DNA of 64,000 nucleotides, taken from the NCBI GenBank assembly GCA_000934665.2, contig JYFJ02002452.1:1-64000 (forward strand). Reading direction: 5' to 3'. The position numbers and the translations under genes are program-made. Below are positions 1 to 11,875 of the stretch, piece by piece. Position 1 is the first letter of the stretch; each line of letters begins with the position of its first letter. The stretch is from Catajapyx aquilonaris. Its lineage: Eukaryota. Below the pieces are notes generated by a model. That model had not been told where the DNA came from, searched no databases, and saw nothing but the letters and a program-made list of their open reading frames with translations.

Positions 1-584
1 CTGCAGATCGACTTTTCGTCGTTTGGGATGTTGTCAAAGTTGATCTTGACTGACGAGATGCGGCGGTTATTCTCCATCCTCCAGCCAGACACGGTGCCCA
101 TTGCGCCGTTCACCAGTCCTTCCTGCACGTCGATGCTGCGAGCTGCGAGCTGCCGTCGATGCTGCGAGGCCGGCCGTATACGCGAGGCGTCCTCTCGCAG
201 ACTCTCTAGGTGCTTGCTTCCCCTCTTCCGGCCAGCCTTGTTGCCTGCTGTGAGCTTGTCCTCTGCCTCCAGAAGGACAGTATCCAGGCACGACGCACGA
301 AGCATACGGTGGTTGAACTCGTGGCACATGTCGTTGGTTGGGAGGAGGCACATGGGATTCAATCCTTCTGCCTTGCACCTGCTGTAGATGCTGACGCATG
401 CTTCGTTGTTGTCTTTGGATGCCAGCGTGGTGCGGACCCTGCTTGCCAAGAGATGGAGGGTTGACTCTGAGACAAGGCCCACTCGCACCTCGGCCAGAAG
501 ATGCTGGTAGACGGCCTGCTTCTTATGAATAACCTCCTGATTCTTGTTATTGTACCGAGTTTTTCGGCTCGACTTACCGGACAT
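1..584 (-). pseudogene. PIF1-family helicase fragment (Helitron/Helentron-like or cellular PIF1-derived), degenerate, runs off the window edge
   Basis: Manual translation from ATG 584 is open to position 1: ...YQHLLAEVRVG...CLLPTNDMCHEFNHRML...SIDVQEGLVNGAMGTV..., resembling PIF1 motifs (L..vR.G; L.ptN..v..fN; NiDv..GLvNGa.G.V). The TAGL motif lies in a shifted frame and the expected GARVML segment is replaced by repeats of ctcgcagcatcgacg. Confidence 0.7.
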
Positions 585-1067
585 GAATATGAGATGTCAC
601 ATGATAGGAAGAAGTCACACGTTCGCTAACTCAATTCGTAATGTCTGTTGAGGTTAATTTTTACGCTTCGGTGTCTATATAGCAATCAGTTGTGTCAGTT
701 CTAATAGAAACGAAATGGTGTGGGTTACGCGAGGTATTTGTTGATATGAGTTGCGTGGCAATTAGAAAATGGAATAAATTTAATTTAATTGATTTTTTAT
801 ATAATTTTTTATTTAATTTTTTAATTGGCTGTGAGATGAAATTGGCCAATTTGCATAGAGGTTAGGGGGATAAGTTGGTGCAGTACGGAGGTATGTTCAA
901 AACTTGAAGTCTCTGCGTGCAAGGACAAGGCCTGTAGAGCTCGGCACAAAATCGTCCCAACGAGTCGGAAAAATTAATTGTTGGAAAACTACCTGACGAT
1001 CTTACTTATAGGGACTACCGTCCCTACAATATCTTCAATATTTAAGGGCTAGACTGGTTGGTCACAC

Positions 1068-1931
1068 TTCAGGTATGTCAAGTCGAACTCCTCCAGTCCG
1101 CTAGTTCTTCCTGAGTGAAAGTTTCTCTTCACGTAGTTCACCCCACCAGCCCACCTTCTTTGTTCAGGGGCACATTGTAAAAGTGGCAGCCATTGATATC
1201 CCATCCCAATTCTTTAATACCTGAAACCAATTCCTAGAGGTCAACAATGATGAAGCTTGACATCTCTGACCTTACCTTCTCGAATCAAAGGTTTTAGATC
1301 GTGAATCAAATTCACAATGCATGGTTCCAGTTCAAGTCGTGGTATTCCTTTGCATCTTTTGTACGCCTCATCTGACAAATCGACAGAAACACGAGGAAAA
1401 TTTGTACGAAGCCATTACATACCCTTACCTTTACCATTACCATACTGTGACCGGGAAAGGTGAGCAGCAAGTGCCCAACGAGCAGGAAGGAAAAGGAAAC
1501 CTTCCAAACATGGAGAGAGGTAGTCGGTCACATAAAATACGTGAAATACGTTTCATCCTCCGGTTTATTTGTAATGCCAATAAATAAAGGTATAAGTATA
1601 TAAACAGTGCAGGAAGGGACCAGTCAAGGCAAGGAGAGGGTGACCAGTGGCACCTCCCCGCAAGGGAAGGGACCAACTGGCCTCGAGGAGAATAATTCGG
1701 GGGTTTAAATAGGAACAGAAAGTCAAGAGCATGATGGGAACAATATAGGTAAAAGTGATGACATCATCAAAGCGAATATTCCAGAAGGTACAGTCGTCAC
1801 CAAAATAAATTCGGTCACAATACCATTACATTTACATACCATGTTTAGTAGGATTGTTTAGAGCAACTTACCAAGAGTGATTGCTGAAGTGTAGGACACT
1901 ATGAAAGGAGCAGAACCAAAAAATACTTCAT
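1068..1931 (-). pseudogene. Takeout/JHBP-like pseudogene (exons 1-3 only)
   Basis: Exon 1 (1872-1931) is 60 nt versus 61 nt in its closest paralogs and reads into TAG. Exon 2 DEAYKRCKGIPRLELEPCIVNLIHDLKPLIREG is intact. Exon 3 has an 8-nt duplication (ggtgggctggtggg) that reads into TGA. Exons 4-6 are absent. Confidence 0.8.
1446..1819. mobile_element. Solo LTR in intron 1 of the JHBP pseudogene
   Basis: Ends are TGTGACCG...CGGTCACA (TG..CA, 8-bp inverted repeat), flanked by a 4-bp direct repeat ATAC (1442-1445, 1820-1823). Length 374 bp, with internal AATAAA. Confidence 0.7.
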
Positions 1932-2215
1932 GTCGGTTGCTTTCACTCAAGTCTTATGACCTGCAATTTACATCGACGAAAACTAGTACACTTTGTTTCC
2001 TTGCATTACTGAATCAGGAAATGGGAAAATTTCCTCGATAATTAACAACTCAGTGAGGATACCCATTATCATTTAATTGCTTTCTCATGATGTGCGATAA
2101 CGAGCGTCATTAAGGCCAAATCAGCTAGTGGTATTGTAACATCTAGCAAAGCTCTAATAATAAACACAGAAAAATAGTTTATTTTAGTCACTCTCCAATA
2201 CATGAGGTGTTGTGA

Positions 2216-3372
2216 TTAGTCGATGAAAAATGCTTCCTTGATGAACTCACTTCCTGCCAAATCCTCCAGTGTGATAAGGCTCAATGCTTTGTTCACATGA
2301 TTATCTGTAAATTTGCAAAACATTCCTTTAGCTGCCCACTTGAATTCACCCAGAAGAACATGAACGTTCATGTTGAGAAAAGCAGAAGCTGCTTCTTCTG
2401 CAATGTAAACGAGATCATTCCAGATTGTTTCACCATTTCAATATACTGGACACCTACGCAAGACAGATTTTCCATCGAACAGGTTGTTCAGTCTCATTGC
2501 AGCATTCTTGTAACTGAAGGTCAATTCTGTGTCCTTCTCCTGAAGACGAGGCGCGCCATTTATGTCCACTACTTCCAGCTTTGACACTCCGTAGAAGTGA
2601 AAGTCATCTGTATATTAAAAACATTATGGGTCGTGAATATGGCCGAAATTCTACACAGTATGTGAGTGGGAAAAATGTTTGTTCCTTATTAAGGTGACCT
2701 TAGCTGATCTAGTATCTTACAATTTCTTAGCCTCTTACCCGTTCGACACCAAAAAGTTCCATTTCCATATATAGGAAACTGCAATAATTTGGCGTCCAAA
2801 TAGTACCTTCCCTTCTGAAGCAACTGGGGCACCACTGCAGACCAAATTGCAAGCATATTTTCGTAGTCGATTCTGTATGGAAACCACAGCAGGAAACAAC
2901 CTCAAGTCAACAAAGCTTTTCAATATCTTACTTTAGGTATGTCAAGTCAAAATCCTCCATTCCATCAAGTGTTGCACTATGCAAGGTGCCCTGGACTTGA
3001 GTCATTCCTACATTCCGATCCACATGAAGTGCATCGTAGTTGCAAGAATCGTCACCCCAACCCAATTCTGGAATTCCTAAAATTCATCTGTTGCATGTGA
3101 CACGTCTTATTCGGAATTTATTGGACCGACCATGCCCATAAGGCTTCACGATACATGGCTCCAGTTCATTTCGTGGTATTCCTTTACATCGTTTGTACGC
3201 TTCATCTGACATACACGATGTAAAAATTAGGAGAGTGCATTTGCTTTACGAACAACAGTCACTGTGGTACGAAACGAAAAGCAAACCAAGATTATGATTG
3301 ACGTAACTTACCAAGAGTTATGTCTGCACAGTAGGCCAGAAGAAAAATATTCGAAACTAGGAGCAACTTCAT
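2216..3372 (-). CDS. Takeout/juvenile-hormone-binding protein (JHBP)-like secreted protein, 6 exons; exon 2 carries an in-frame deletion
   Basis: Signal peptide MKLLLVSNIFLLAYCADITLG, then YKRCKGIPRNELEPCIV, GIPELGW, YYLDAKLLQFPIYGNGTFW, RLNNLFDGKSVL and EAASAFLNMN, ending FFID-TAA. GT-AG junctions keep frame. Confidence 0.8.
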
Positions 3373-3724
3373 GTCGTCTGCTCACTTACTAGTCTTTATA
3401 CCATAATATAAGAGAACAACTTATCACTTTTTATCTCCTTGGTCATTCATGGCACCAGGAAACTCATCAGAACTTTCCATAATTCTACAATTTACAATTA
3501 TTGCGTGAATTTACATAATGACTAAATGCACTGTAATAATTGAGATCACCTATAGAAACCAGGCTACTTAACCAACAGGAAGTTAAAACTGCAATTCACG
3601 CGATAAACCAATACTGTATATGAATTAATTAACTGATTGGCAGATATGGTATTTAACGCAACTATAATATGACACTTTACATAATCACGTACAATTTATT
3701 TACTCTCGCATACATTAGTCTGAT

Positions 3725-5129
3725 TTAGTCAATGAAAAATGCTTCCTTGATGAACTCACTTCCTGCCAAATCATCCAATTTCACAAGACTCAGTGCCTTG
3801 TTTACATGATTGTCTGTTATTTTGCGAAAAATTCCATTAGCTGCCCCCTTAAATTCGCTCATAAGAGCATCAATATTCATGTTTAGGAAAACCGAAGCCG
3901 CTTCTTCTGTAATGAAAACTTGATCATTGCAACCACTTACGTCATTGCGCGTTATTGCACGTCATTGCACTTACGCATAATAGAGTTCCCATCGAACAAG
4001 TTGTTCAGTCTCATTGCAGCATTCTTGTAACTAAATGTCAGTTCCGTGTCCTTCTCCTGTAGATGTAGTTCTCCATTTATGTTTACAACTTCCAGTGTCG
4101 ACACTCCGTATATGTGAAAACCATCTGTATTTTTAAATATGTGAATAATATGATGATGTTCAATTTTTGACCCAAGGATATGCCTTACCCAATCGAGACC
4201 AGAATGTTCCATTTCCATATAGAGGAACTTGCAATATCTTGGCGTCCAGATAGTACCGTCCCTTCTCAAGCAATTGAGGTATCAAAGCAGACCAAATTGC
4301 AAGCCTATTTGCATAGTCGATTCTGTATGTAAATAATAAGCTTTGTCTTCTTACATATCAAATCAACAGAGCCTATATCTTACTTTAGGTAGGTCAGGTC
4401 AAATTCCTCCATTCCTTCAAGCGTCCCACTATGCAAGGTGCATTGGACATGATTCATTCCGACATTCCGGTCCAAATTGATTGAATCATAGTTGCAAGAA
4501 TCAGCACCCCAACCCAGTTCTGGGATACCTGAAGTTGCAAAACCAGTTTTTCAGTTTAATTATGGTACTCTCACAAGATAATTTTGATGCCTGTGACGAA
4601 CCATCTCTGATCAAAGGCTTCAGTTCCTTAACCAGCTTCAGGATGCATGGCTCCAGTTCATCTCGTGGTATTCCTTTGCATCTTTTGTAAGCTTCATCTG
4701 ATGGTCGGGAAGTTGAGAAATATTGCACGTGACGGCATGTGCCTTTCTAACAACATTAATCACGTCATACTGCTAGCGACATTTTCCGATGCGGCAGACG
4801 TGAAAATGGAAGTGATAGAGTGCGAGCCGTACAAGAAGGAAATGGTAGGCCTTGGGTGACGTCACCGGCTGGGAACAAGGCTTTTCTCCAATGCCCCCCA
4901 GCCAGTGACGTCACCCAAGGCCTACCTCTTCTGATTCGCACGGCTCGCACTCTATTACTTCGATTTGCACGTCTGCCGCATCGAAAAATGTCACTAGCAG
5001 TACGACGTGATTAATGTCCAACAATGTACGAAAGGAAGATCAAAGGAAGAATAACATAGACTACTTACCAAGAGTTATGTCTGCACAGCAGGCCAGAGAA
5101 AAAATATTCAAAAGCAAGAGAAACTTCAT
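3725..5129 (-). CDS. Takeout/JHBP-like secreted protein, 6 exons
   Basis: Exon 1 is 5069-5129 (signal peptide). DEAYKRCKGIPRDELEPCILKLVKELKPLIRDG, GIPELGW, LDAKILQVPLYGNGTFW, RLNNLFDGNSIM. Same exon phases as paralogs. Confidence 0.85.
4753..5026. mobile_element. Palindromic MITE (family A, Tc1/mariner-like) in JHBP intron 1
   Basis: About 120-bp imperfect inverted arms (acattaatcacgtcatactgctagcgacattttccga / tcgaaaaatgtcactagcagtacgacgtgattaatgt). Related termini recur at 21410, 31812 and 32492. Confidence 0.85.
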
Positions 5130-5297
5130 GTCGACTGCTCACTTACAAGACTTACCTTAACATGAGAGGTCTACTTGTCACTTTTTACTTCTTCAGTCAT
5201 TCATGATACCAGGAAACTCTATTTCCCAGTAATCAACTACTACCATTCGTACCAGTCCAAAATTATTGCGTCATGTTACATAATAATCTAATGTACA

Positions 5298-5787
5298 ATC
5301 GGCTGCAAATGGTTCCGGCCACTTTATCCTAGTCTTGAACAACCCTTCGCACAGGCCCCACAGTAAAGAGATGTGGGTGTGTGTATGTGTGTGTGATCAG
5401 GTCTTGACTAAGGTCTGGGGACGGAAGTCTGTGGTTTTACTGTAGCTGTGGGGACCAGTTCCAATTGTGGGGACATTTGTCGGTCCCCACAGTCTCACAC
5501 ACGCGAAGTGTACCATTACAGTGGGGACATGTGTAAATTAGTGGGGACATGTCCCCACTATTTTCATTTGTAGGGTTTCACAAAAGTCCATTTTTCTCAG
5601 CCTAGGTTACTTAGGGTAGGGTAGGTTAGGTAGGGTAGGTTAGGTTAGGTTAGGTTAGATCAGTTTACACTCGCAGTGAAAAGTGATCAATGTCCGTCCC
5701 CACGCCTTAGTCAAGACAAGAGCGTGTGTGTGTGTGAAGGGTTGCTTCAAGACCAGGATAAAGTGGCCGGAACTATTTGCAGCCGAT
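5298..5787. mobile_element. Non-autonomous TIR element with an internal (TTAGG/TAGG)n tract
   Basis: About 55-bp terminal inverted repeats (atcggctgcaaatggttccggccactttatcct / aggataaagtggccggaactatttgcagccgat), inner inverted repeat gtcttgactaagg / ccttagtcaagac, repeated gtggggac motifs and a TTAGG tract at 5603-5658. Confidence 0.75.
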
Positions 5788-5908
5788 GCGATGGTACAGC
5801 AATTGAACACATCACGTTGGGTTTACAACAACCAGATACCATCATACCAACAGTATGCCTATACCAATATATGAATGAATTATTTTTAATTTTATTTAAA
5901 ACCCAGTA

Positions 5909-6208
5909 ATAATAATTAATAATCATTTGATACCCCATTATCAGCCAACCGGGCTTTTCTAGGGGTCCATTTTTTTGTCTGGAACTCTTTCCATTTTTAC
6001 TACTTTTTCATCGGAATGAGGCAAGGATAGGGAAGGAAGGAAGCGGCTGTGGCCTGTGATTACGGTAACGACCCCGGAATTATCCTGCGAGAACCATGGG
6101 AAACCACAGAAAACCAGGGTCAGGGTCGCCGGCCTCCGGGATTCGAACCCAGGACCTCCCGATTAGCAGTCGGACACCATACCACTCCACAACTACTACT
6201 GCTTCGAT
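5909..6208 (-). mobile_element. tRNA-derived SINE
   Basis: Minus-strand head with A-box-like gtggagtgg and B box ggttcgaatcc, an (ATT)n-like tail, and a 14-bp TSD tttaaaacccagta at 5895-5908 and 6209-6222. Confidence 0.85.
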
Positions 6209-6237
6209 TTTAAAACCCAGTACATCAGATAGTTTGA

Positions 6238-6330
6238 TTAGTCGATGAAAAACGCTTCTTTGATGAACTAACTTTCTGCCAAGCCATCAAGTTTGAGCTG
6301 ACTCAACTCCTTCTGATGGACTTTCTAAAA
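6238..6330 (-). pseudogene. Orphan remnant of a JHBP last exon
   Basis: Matches the paralog 3' exon (LDGLAES*FIKEAFFID*) with an internal TAG. No upstream exons recognisable. Confidence 0.65.
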
Positions 6331-6637
6331 GTACGCAACATTTCTGTAAAAGATAAGCATCACCCAGTGTTAAGGACAACACATTCGCAATACTTGCGTC
6401 AAAAATTACAGACAATAGTTTTCATCTACATCACTCTTAACTTACAGATAAGAAGGACAATGGTTATCGACTTCAAAAAATGATATCATATCCGGCCTTG
6501 CAATACATCTAGATAATACATTTTATATACCTTAGGTAAAAATAATGCAGTCATTCTGGACTATATGCAAAAGAGTAAGTCTATCCTAAATTAATGTGAG
6601 AAACATTATTAACAAAGGAATTGTTCGGGGTTTGTAG

Positions 6638-6869
6638 ACAGGCTGAACTACTACTTCTGGGTTGGAGGTTACGACTTGGGCCACGAAGGACACTGGTACT
6701 GGCAATCCACTTTCATGCCCATTTTATGGTTCGACTGGTATCCAGGAGAACCAGTAATAGTGAGGGAGATGAAAACTGCCTGTCTTTGGAAGGTAGGGAC
6801 AAGTTTCAATGGAACGATGAGGATTGCACTGGACATGTCTTCCACTACATTCGTGAAACAAGTTCCTAA
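6638..6869 (+). pseudogene. C-type lectin domain exon, frameshifted
   Basis: After acceptor tttgtag: YFWVGGYDLGHEGHWYWQSTFMPILWFDWYPGEP, a 1-nt frameshift, then SNSEGDENCLSLEGRDKFQWNDEDCTGHVFHYIRE*. WIGG, EPx and WND motifs of C-type lectins are present; the last Cys codon is CGT. Confidence 0.8.
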
Positions 6870-7674
6870 ACACTTTTCTGGTTGAGGTTTACTTATTTTT
6901 CAAATCTCCATATATGGAAATATGGGTAAAATTTCCTCTGTAAATGTGGGCTAGAAAATTAATGAACTGATTTAAATATGGTGCCATCAAGTCATAAATA
7001 ACATGTACAAAATGAGTTGAAAAATGATATACGAATAAAATCGTAAGTTTAAAAACAACAACTCGTTCTTTATTTCTAGAATCATTCCTAAACCAGCACT
7101 TCTGTAATAATTGGAAAATGACATTTTTCGGGCTATTCTTTTTCTTTGTATTTTTTGGCGAAACAAAATAATAAAACTTACCTTAGATTTTTAATTAGTC
7201 TCTAGAAAAAGTCTGCTATATTAATTTTCCTTGTTTGCGAGACATGAACATTTTTCGGATTTTTATTTGCGATTATATTTTTTGGTGATGCACGGATAAT
7301 CCTCGCCCGGATAATCGGGAGTACAGTGTATAAGAATGTACTTTAAGTTTGTCCCAGCAAGTCTTCTGAATATTACAGTGAAACCTGCCAGTAACGGACC
7401 CTGGATATAGTGGAAACATATCCATTACGGAATTTTTTCCTGGAACGGGCACATGCATAGGGCATGCAATGTATTTTATTGTAAAGAATCACATTCACGT
7501 AAGCGGTGGGTGGAAACTGATTCGTTTATTATTCAAAATGATGCAATAATGATATCCTTGCAAATTATCGAATGAATGAGAATTTCTGATTAGTTTCCTG
7601 GTACCAATGCACTGTCAACCAGATAAAAAGTAACAACTAGTTCTTAAAGTCAGACGTAACTGCGAGCTGTCGAC

Positions 7675-9584
7675 ATGAAGTTGCTCTTGGTTTTGAATAT
7701 TTTTTCTCTGGCCTACTGTGCAGACATAACTCTAGGTAAGATATGGTCAAGCAATAATATCAATTTAACTATTCATTTCGCATAGTATTGGTCTGTTCAC
7801 TCTCCTAATTGTTAATTTTTGCCTGTCAGATGAAGCTTACAAAAGATGCAAAGGAATACCACGAGATGAACTGGAGCCATGCATCGTGAATTTGGTGAAG
7901 GAACTGAAGCCTTTGATCAGAGATGGTTCGTCACATCATAATAATTATTTTGTACCCAAATTACCACAAACAGAAGCTGAACTAATGTATTTGTCAACTT
8001 CAGGCATCCCAGAACTTGGATGGGACGCCGATTCGTGCAACTACGATGCACTCAATTTGGACCGAAGTGTCGGAATGAATCATGTCAAATGCACCTTCCA
8101 TAGTGGAACACTTGATGGGATGGAAGATTTTGACCTCACATACCTGAAGTATGGCATTTAAAATCTCGTCTGATTTGATCTGCAAAGAAACAGGGCCGTA
8201 TGCAGAGTCAACAACAAGAAGTTAGTGCAGTGCTTTAAACCACGTGACCCAGTTCACTAAGAAAAGCCGCATTCAGAGTCGCGCTTTAGGCCTAGATCGG
8301 GCCTAGTGCGGACTTAGTGCGATCCTGCTAAAGCGGTGCACTAAGGCAAAACTTAGTGAACGGGACACCCTTCTTTTGCGTCGAACTAACATCGAACTAG
8401 GCAGTGGCGGTAGTTTGAAAATAACTTAGCAGCTTTTTAAACTGCTGCTAAGCGATTTTTGGCGCTCAATCTTCATTTGTTTCCCCAGCCTGGGGAAACA
8501 AATGAAGATCGTCGCCCTGGGGATTAAATCAAGATTAAATGAAGCACGAATGAAGATCGTCGCCCGCCGACCCCTGCTCCGATTTCTTTGCGTAAATTCG
8601 TCATTACTAATTATTTAATCATCTAAAATGTGTTTTCAGGTCTATAAAATGTATTAAAATCGAAAAAGACATGAATCAATATTTAAAAGCCCATTTATCG
8701 TACAGACGGTGCCCGAAAACCTGCCTGTGAAATCGTGGCAACACCGCGTCTCGCTAGCGCTGTGTTCGAACCTAGTGCGCTCCTCTAAGCAGGCAGTGAG
8801 GCGACTCTGAATGGGAGCAACTAGTGTGGCGCTAATGCGGACCTAGCGTCGCACTAGTTAGTGTGAACTTTTGCGCTGCATTAGCGAACGACTCTGAATA
8901 CGGCCCACAATGTTTAAAATCTTAGCATGAATGGCCGTTAATTTCAATATGCTATCGTTGTTTTCTGTGCGATTCAAACAGAATCGACTACGAAAACAAG
9001 CTTGCAATTTGGTCTGCAGTCGTACCCCAATTGCTTGAGAAGGGATGGTACTATCTGGACGCCAAAATATTGCAATTTCCAATATATGGAAACGGAACGT
9101 TCTGGCAAAGATTGGGTAAGAGGCCAACAAAAATATTTCATGAAAATAAAGCACAAACACGTGTGACCTCGTGGCAAACATTATATTCAATACAGATAAA
9201 TTGCACATCTATGGAGTGTCAAAGCTGGAAATAGTTGACATAAATGGCGAACCTCGTCTTCAAGAGAAGGACACTGAATTGACCTACAGTTACAAGAATG
9301 CTGCAATGAGAATGAACAACTTATACGACGGAAACTCTGTCTTGCGTAAGCGCTGATAATATAGAAATGACGCAAATTGTTGAAATGACCATGTTTTCAT
9401 TGCAGAAGAAGCAGCTTCCGCTTTCCTCGACATGAACATCGACATTCTTCTGGACGAATTCAAGGGGGCAGCTAAAGGAATGTTTCGTAAAATAACAGAC
9501 AACCACGTGAATATAGCCTTGAGTCTAATCAAACTGGATGATTTGGCAGGAAGTGAGTTCATCAATGAAGCGTTTATCAATTGA
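7675..9584 (+). CDS. Takeout/JHBP-like secreted protein, 6 exons
   Basis: Exon 1 7675-7735 MKLLLVLNIFSLAYCADITL; other exons ~7830-7925, ~8004-8148, ~8982-9115, ~9196-9345, ~9406-9584 (TGA). Close inverted paralog of 3725-5129. Confidence 0.85.
8193..8906. mobile_element. PIF/Harbinger-like non-autonomous element in JHBP intron 3
   Basis: TIRs gggccgtatgcagagtc / gactctgaatacggccc, 3-bp direct repeat ACA on both sides, and a second internal TIR-like pair (cattcagagtcgc ~8270 / gcgactctgaatg ~8801). Confidence 0.75.
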
Positions 9585-9667
9585 TCAATCATAATCTTAT
9601 GTATTGCAGTAAATAAAATAATTATATATGGAATCTTGTGAAGTGTATTGTTATATTTAAAAAACCG

Positions 9668-9803
9668 TTAAACCAAAGAACGATCTGACATCACGTTCAG
9701 CCCCGCCTCCACCTGGATCTTCCCTCCAATCATGTCCCCGTATCGCTCTGCGCATGTTCAGAAAACACGGCTGGTGTGACGTCAGATCGTTCTTTCGCTT
9801 CAA
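9668..9803. mobile_element. Short inverted-repeat element (MITE-like)
   Basis: aaagaacgatctgacatcac...gtgacgtcagatcgttcttt inverted repeat of about 20 bp around a ~80-bp GC-richer core, between convergent JHBP 3' ends. Confidence 0.55.
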
Positions 9804-9993
9804 GGACCATCAGCCAGATAATAAGAAAAATTCATCGAAATGACCTTATAATGGTATAAAAGTAACGCCATTAGCACATTACCGGCATTAGTCTATAAAA
9901 TAACGAACACGTGTCAGATTAGATACATTCTGCTAATCAAAGCAACAATAAAAAATTGCCAATCTTTAATTCAGAAAATTACATGAACAGTAA

Positions 9994-11159
9994 TTATTTG
10001 ATATCAAATGCTTTCTTGATGAACTCGCTTCCAGCTAAGTCCTCCAGTTTGATCTTGCTGAGGGCTGCGTTGATGTGCTGACCTGTTATGGTCCTAAAGG
10101 TCATCTTGGCCGAAGGTCTCATTTCGTCCAGAAGAGCATCCACATTCATATTCAGGAAAGCAGAAGCTGCTTCTTCTACAAAATTTAATTACTCTTATTA
10201 CTACACCACATTTAGGTCTGCCAATAAATCTGCTAATGACATCCAACATAACTCGAGCAAGGTGAAGGTGCTGATGGTAAATGAATCTACTTACGCAATA
10301 CTGCATCTCCTCCATACAGGTTATTCATACGCATCGAAGCTTTCTTGTAACTAAATGTAATTTCAGTGTCCTTTTCTTGTAAGTGAGGTTCACCATCTAT
10401 GTCCACCACTTCTAGTTTGGACACTCCGTAAAAGTGAAAATCTTCTGCAATATAGTCAGTGAAGCACGTCAAATGAGCACTTCTAACCTTAAAACGTACA
10501 TACCCAACCGGTTCCAAAATGTTCCATTGCCATAAATAGGAAACGCCAACACTTTTGCATCCATGTAATACCTTCCTAAGTTGATAAATACAGGAAGATA
10601 AACCGACCAAACAGCAACTTTCTTCTCATAATCAATCCTGAAAGTAATATTTCATAACTGAAAAATCCAGAAAGTAATATACAAATTACTTACTTGAGAT
10701 GTTTCATTTCAAAATCTTCCATACCCCTAATACGTCCATCGTGGTAATTAACAGTTAAAAAATTAATTCCTTGGTTATAGTTCAGGTTTAGGTCGTGGTA
10801 TGCACATGTGTCATTTTCCAGTCCCAATTCGGGAATACCTGGGAGTTTTTTAAACGACATAATTAATAATTTACATAAAAATTTTAATGATCATACCTTG
10901 TTGAATTAGTGGTCTGAGGTCATTTATCAGTTGCACTATGCACGGTTCTAATTCTTCTCGTGTTACTCCTTCACATCTTTGGTATGCATCATCTGAAAAT
11001 TAATATTCACATTTCTCAAACAATTTGGCTCATATTAAATTAAATTAAAAATAAAACCTGCCTTATCAAACAAATATTTTTAAAAACACCACAGCACGTA
11101 CCTAATGTAATTGCGATGGTATTGGCCAATAAGCTCACGAGAAACGCAAATGTCTTCAT
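9994..11159 (-). CDS. Takeout/JHBP-like secreted protein, 6 exons
   Basis: MKTFAFLVSLLANTIAITL, DDAYQRCEGVTREELEPCIVQLINDLRPLIQQG, GIPELGL, YMDAKVLAFPIYGNGTFW, RMNNLYGGDAVL, ending FIKKAFDIK-TAA. Confidence 0.85.
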
Positions 11160-11875
11160 TTTGAATGAGCAGGAGTCGGAGTGGTTGGAAGACAATAAAT
11201 GGAAATAGTTTTATAGCCTTTCGTCCAATGAGGAAACTATTATTTTCGAACCAATTAGACACATTTAAATAATTTACATACGGCATACTTTTACAAAGAC
11301 TGAAACACCAAGTTAACGTTATTGAGCAAATTGTCAAGTTTAATCAAATTTATTACCCATGATGTTTATAACCCAGATATGCCTGAATTTTTTTTTGTTA
11401 AATTTAAAAACATATTTACATATGCTATGGTTCACTCACAAAATATTTACACGCGAGCGTGATTCGAGTATACTTTTTCTCTCTGCCAAGAAAATCCGAA
11501 TCCGAAAACCGTTTGTCGCTGTCTCCTGCGGTTTAGGTCCTGATACGTCATGTCCACGGATGGACTTTTTTGTCAGAGAAAATGTCTAAAAACCTACTAC
11601 GAGTATTTTTTGTACTGTACATACGACACATGTACACCTGTTCTACATGCTTGTGCTCTTACAAAACACGGAAAAAAATTGTCTGTTTTTGTAAGTAGCT
11701 TATTACACTAGTAATGTATTATATATGGCACACATTTGAATATATTATCGTAAGAACAAATTATTTTCCTTATGGACCAATTAGCCAACTGTGAGCAAGG
11801 TCACGACGTCATCTTATGGCGAAACTGTTCAAGACTTTCAGAATATTCTCAAGTCACATTCAGTGTTCAGTCATC

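Noticed and set aside
5603..5658. True telomere or telomerase RNA template
   Set aside because: Short, degenerate and embedded within a TIR element in mid-contig.
6130..6208. tRNA genes at ~6130-6208, ~37080-37153 and ~37465-37535
   Set aside because: A and B boxes are present but there is no clean cloverleaf; each continues into a body, simple-repeat tail and flanking repeat, so these are SINE heads.
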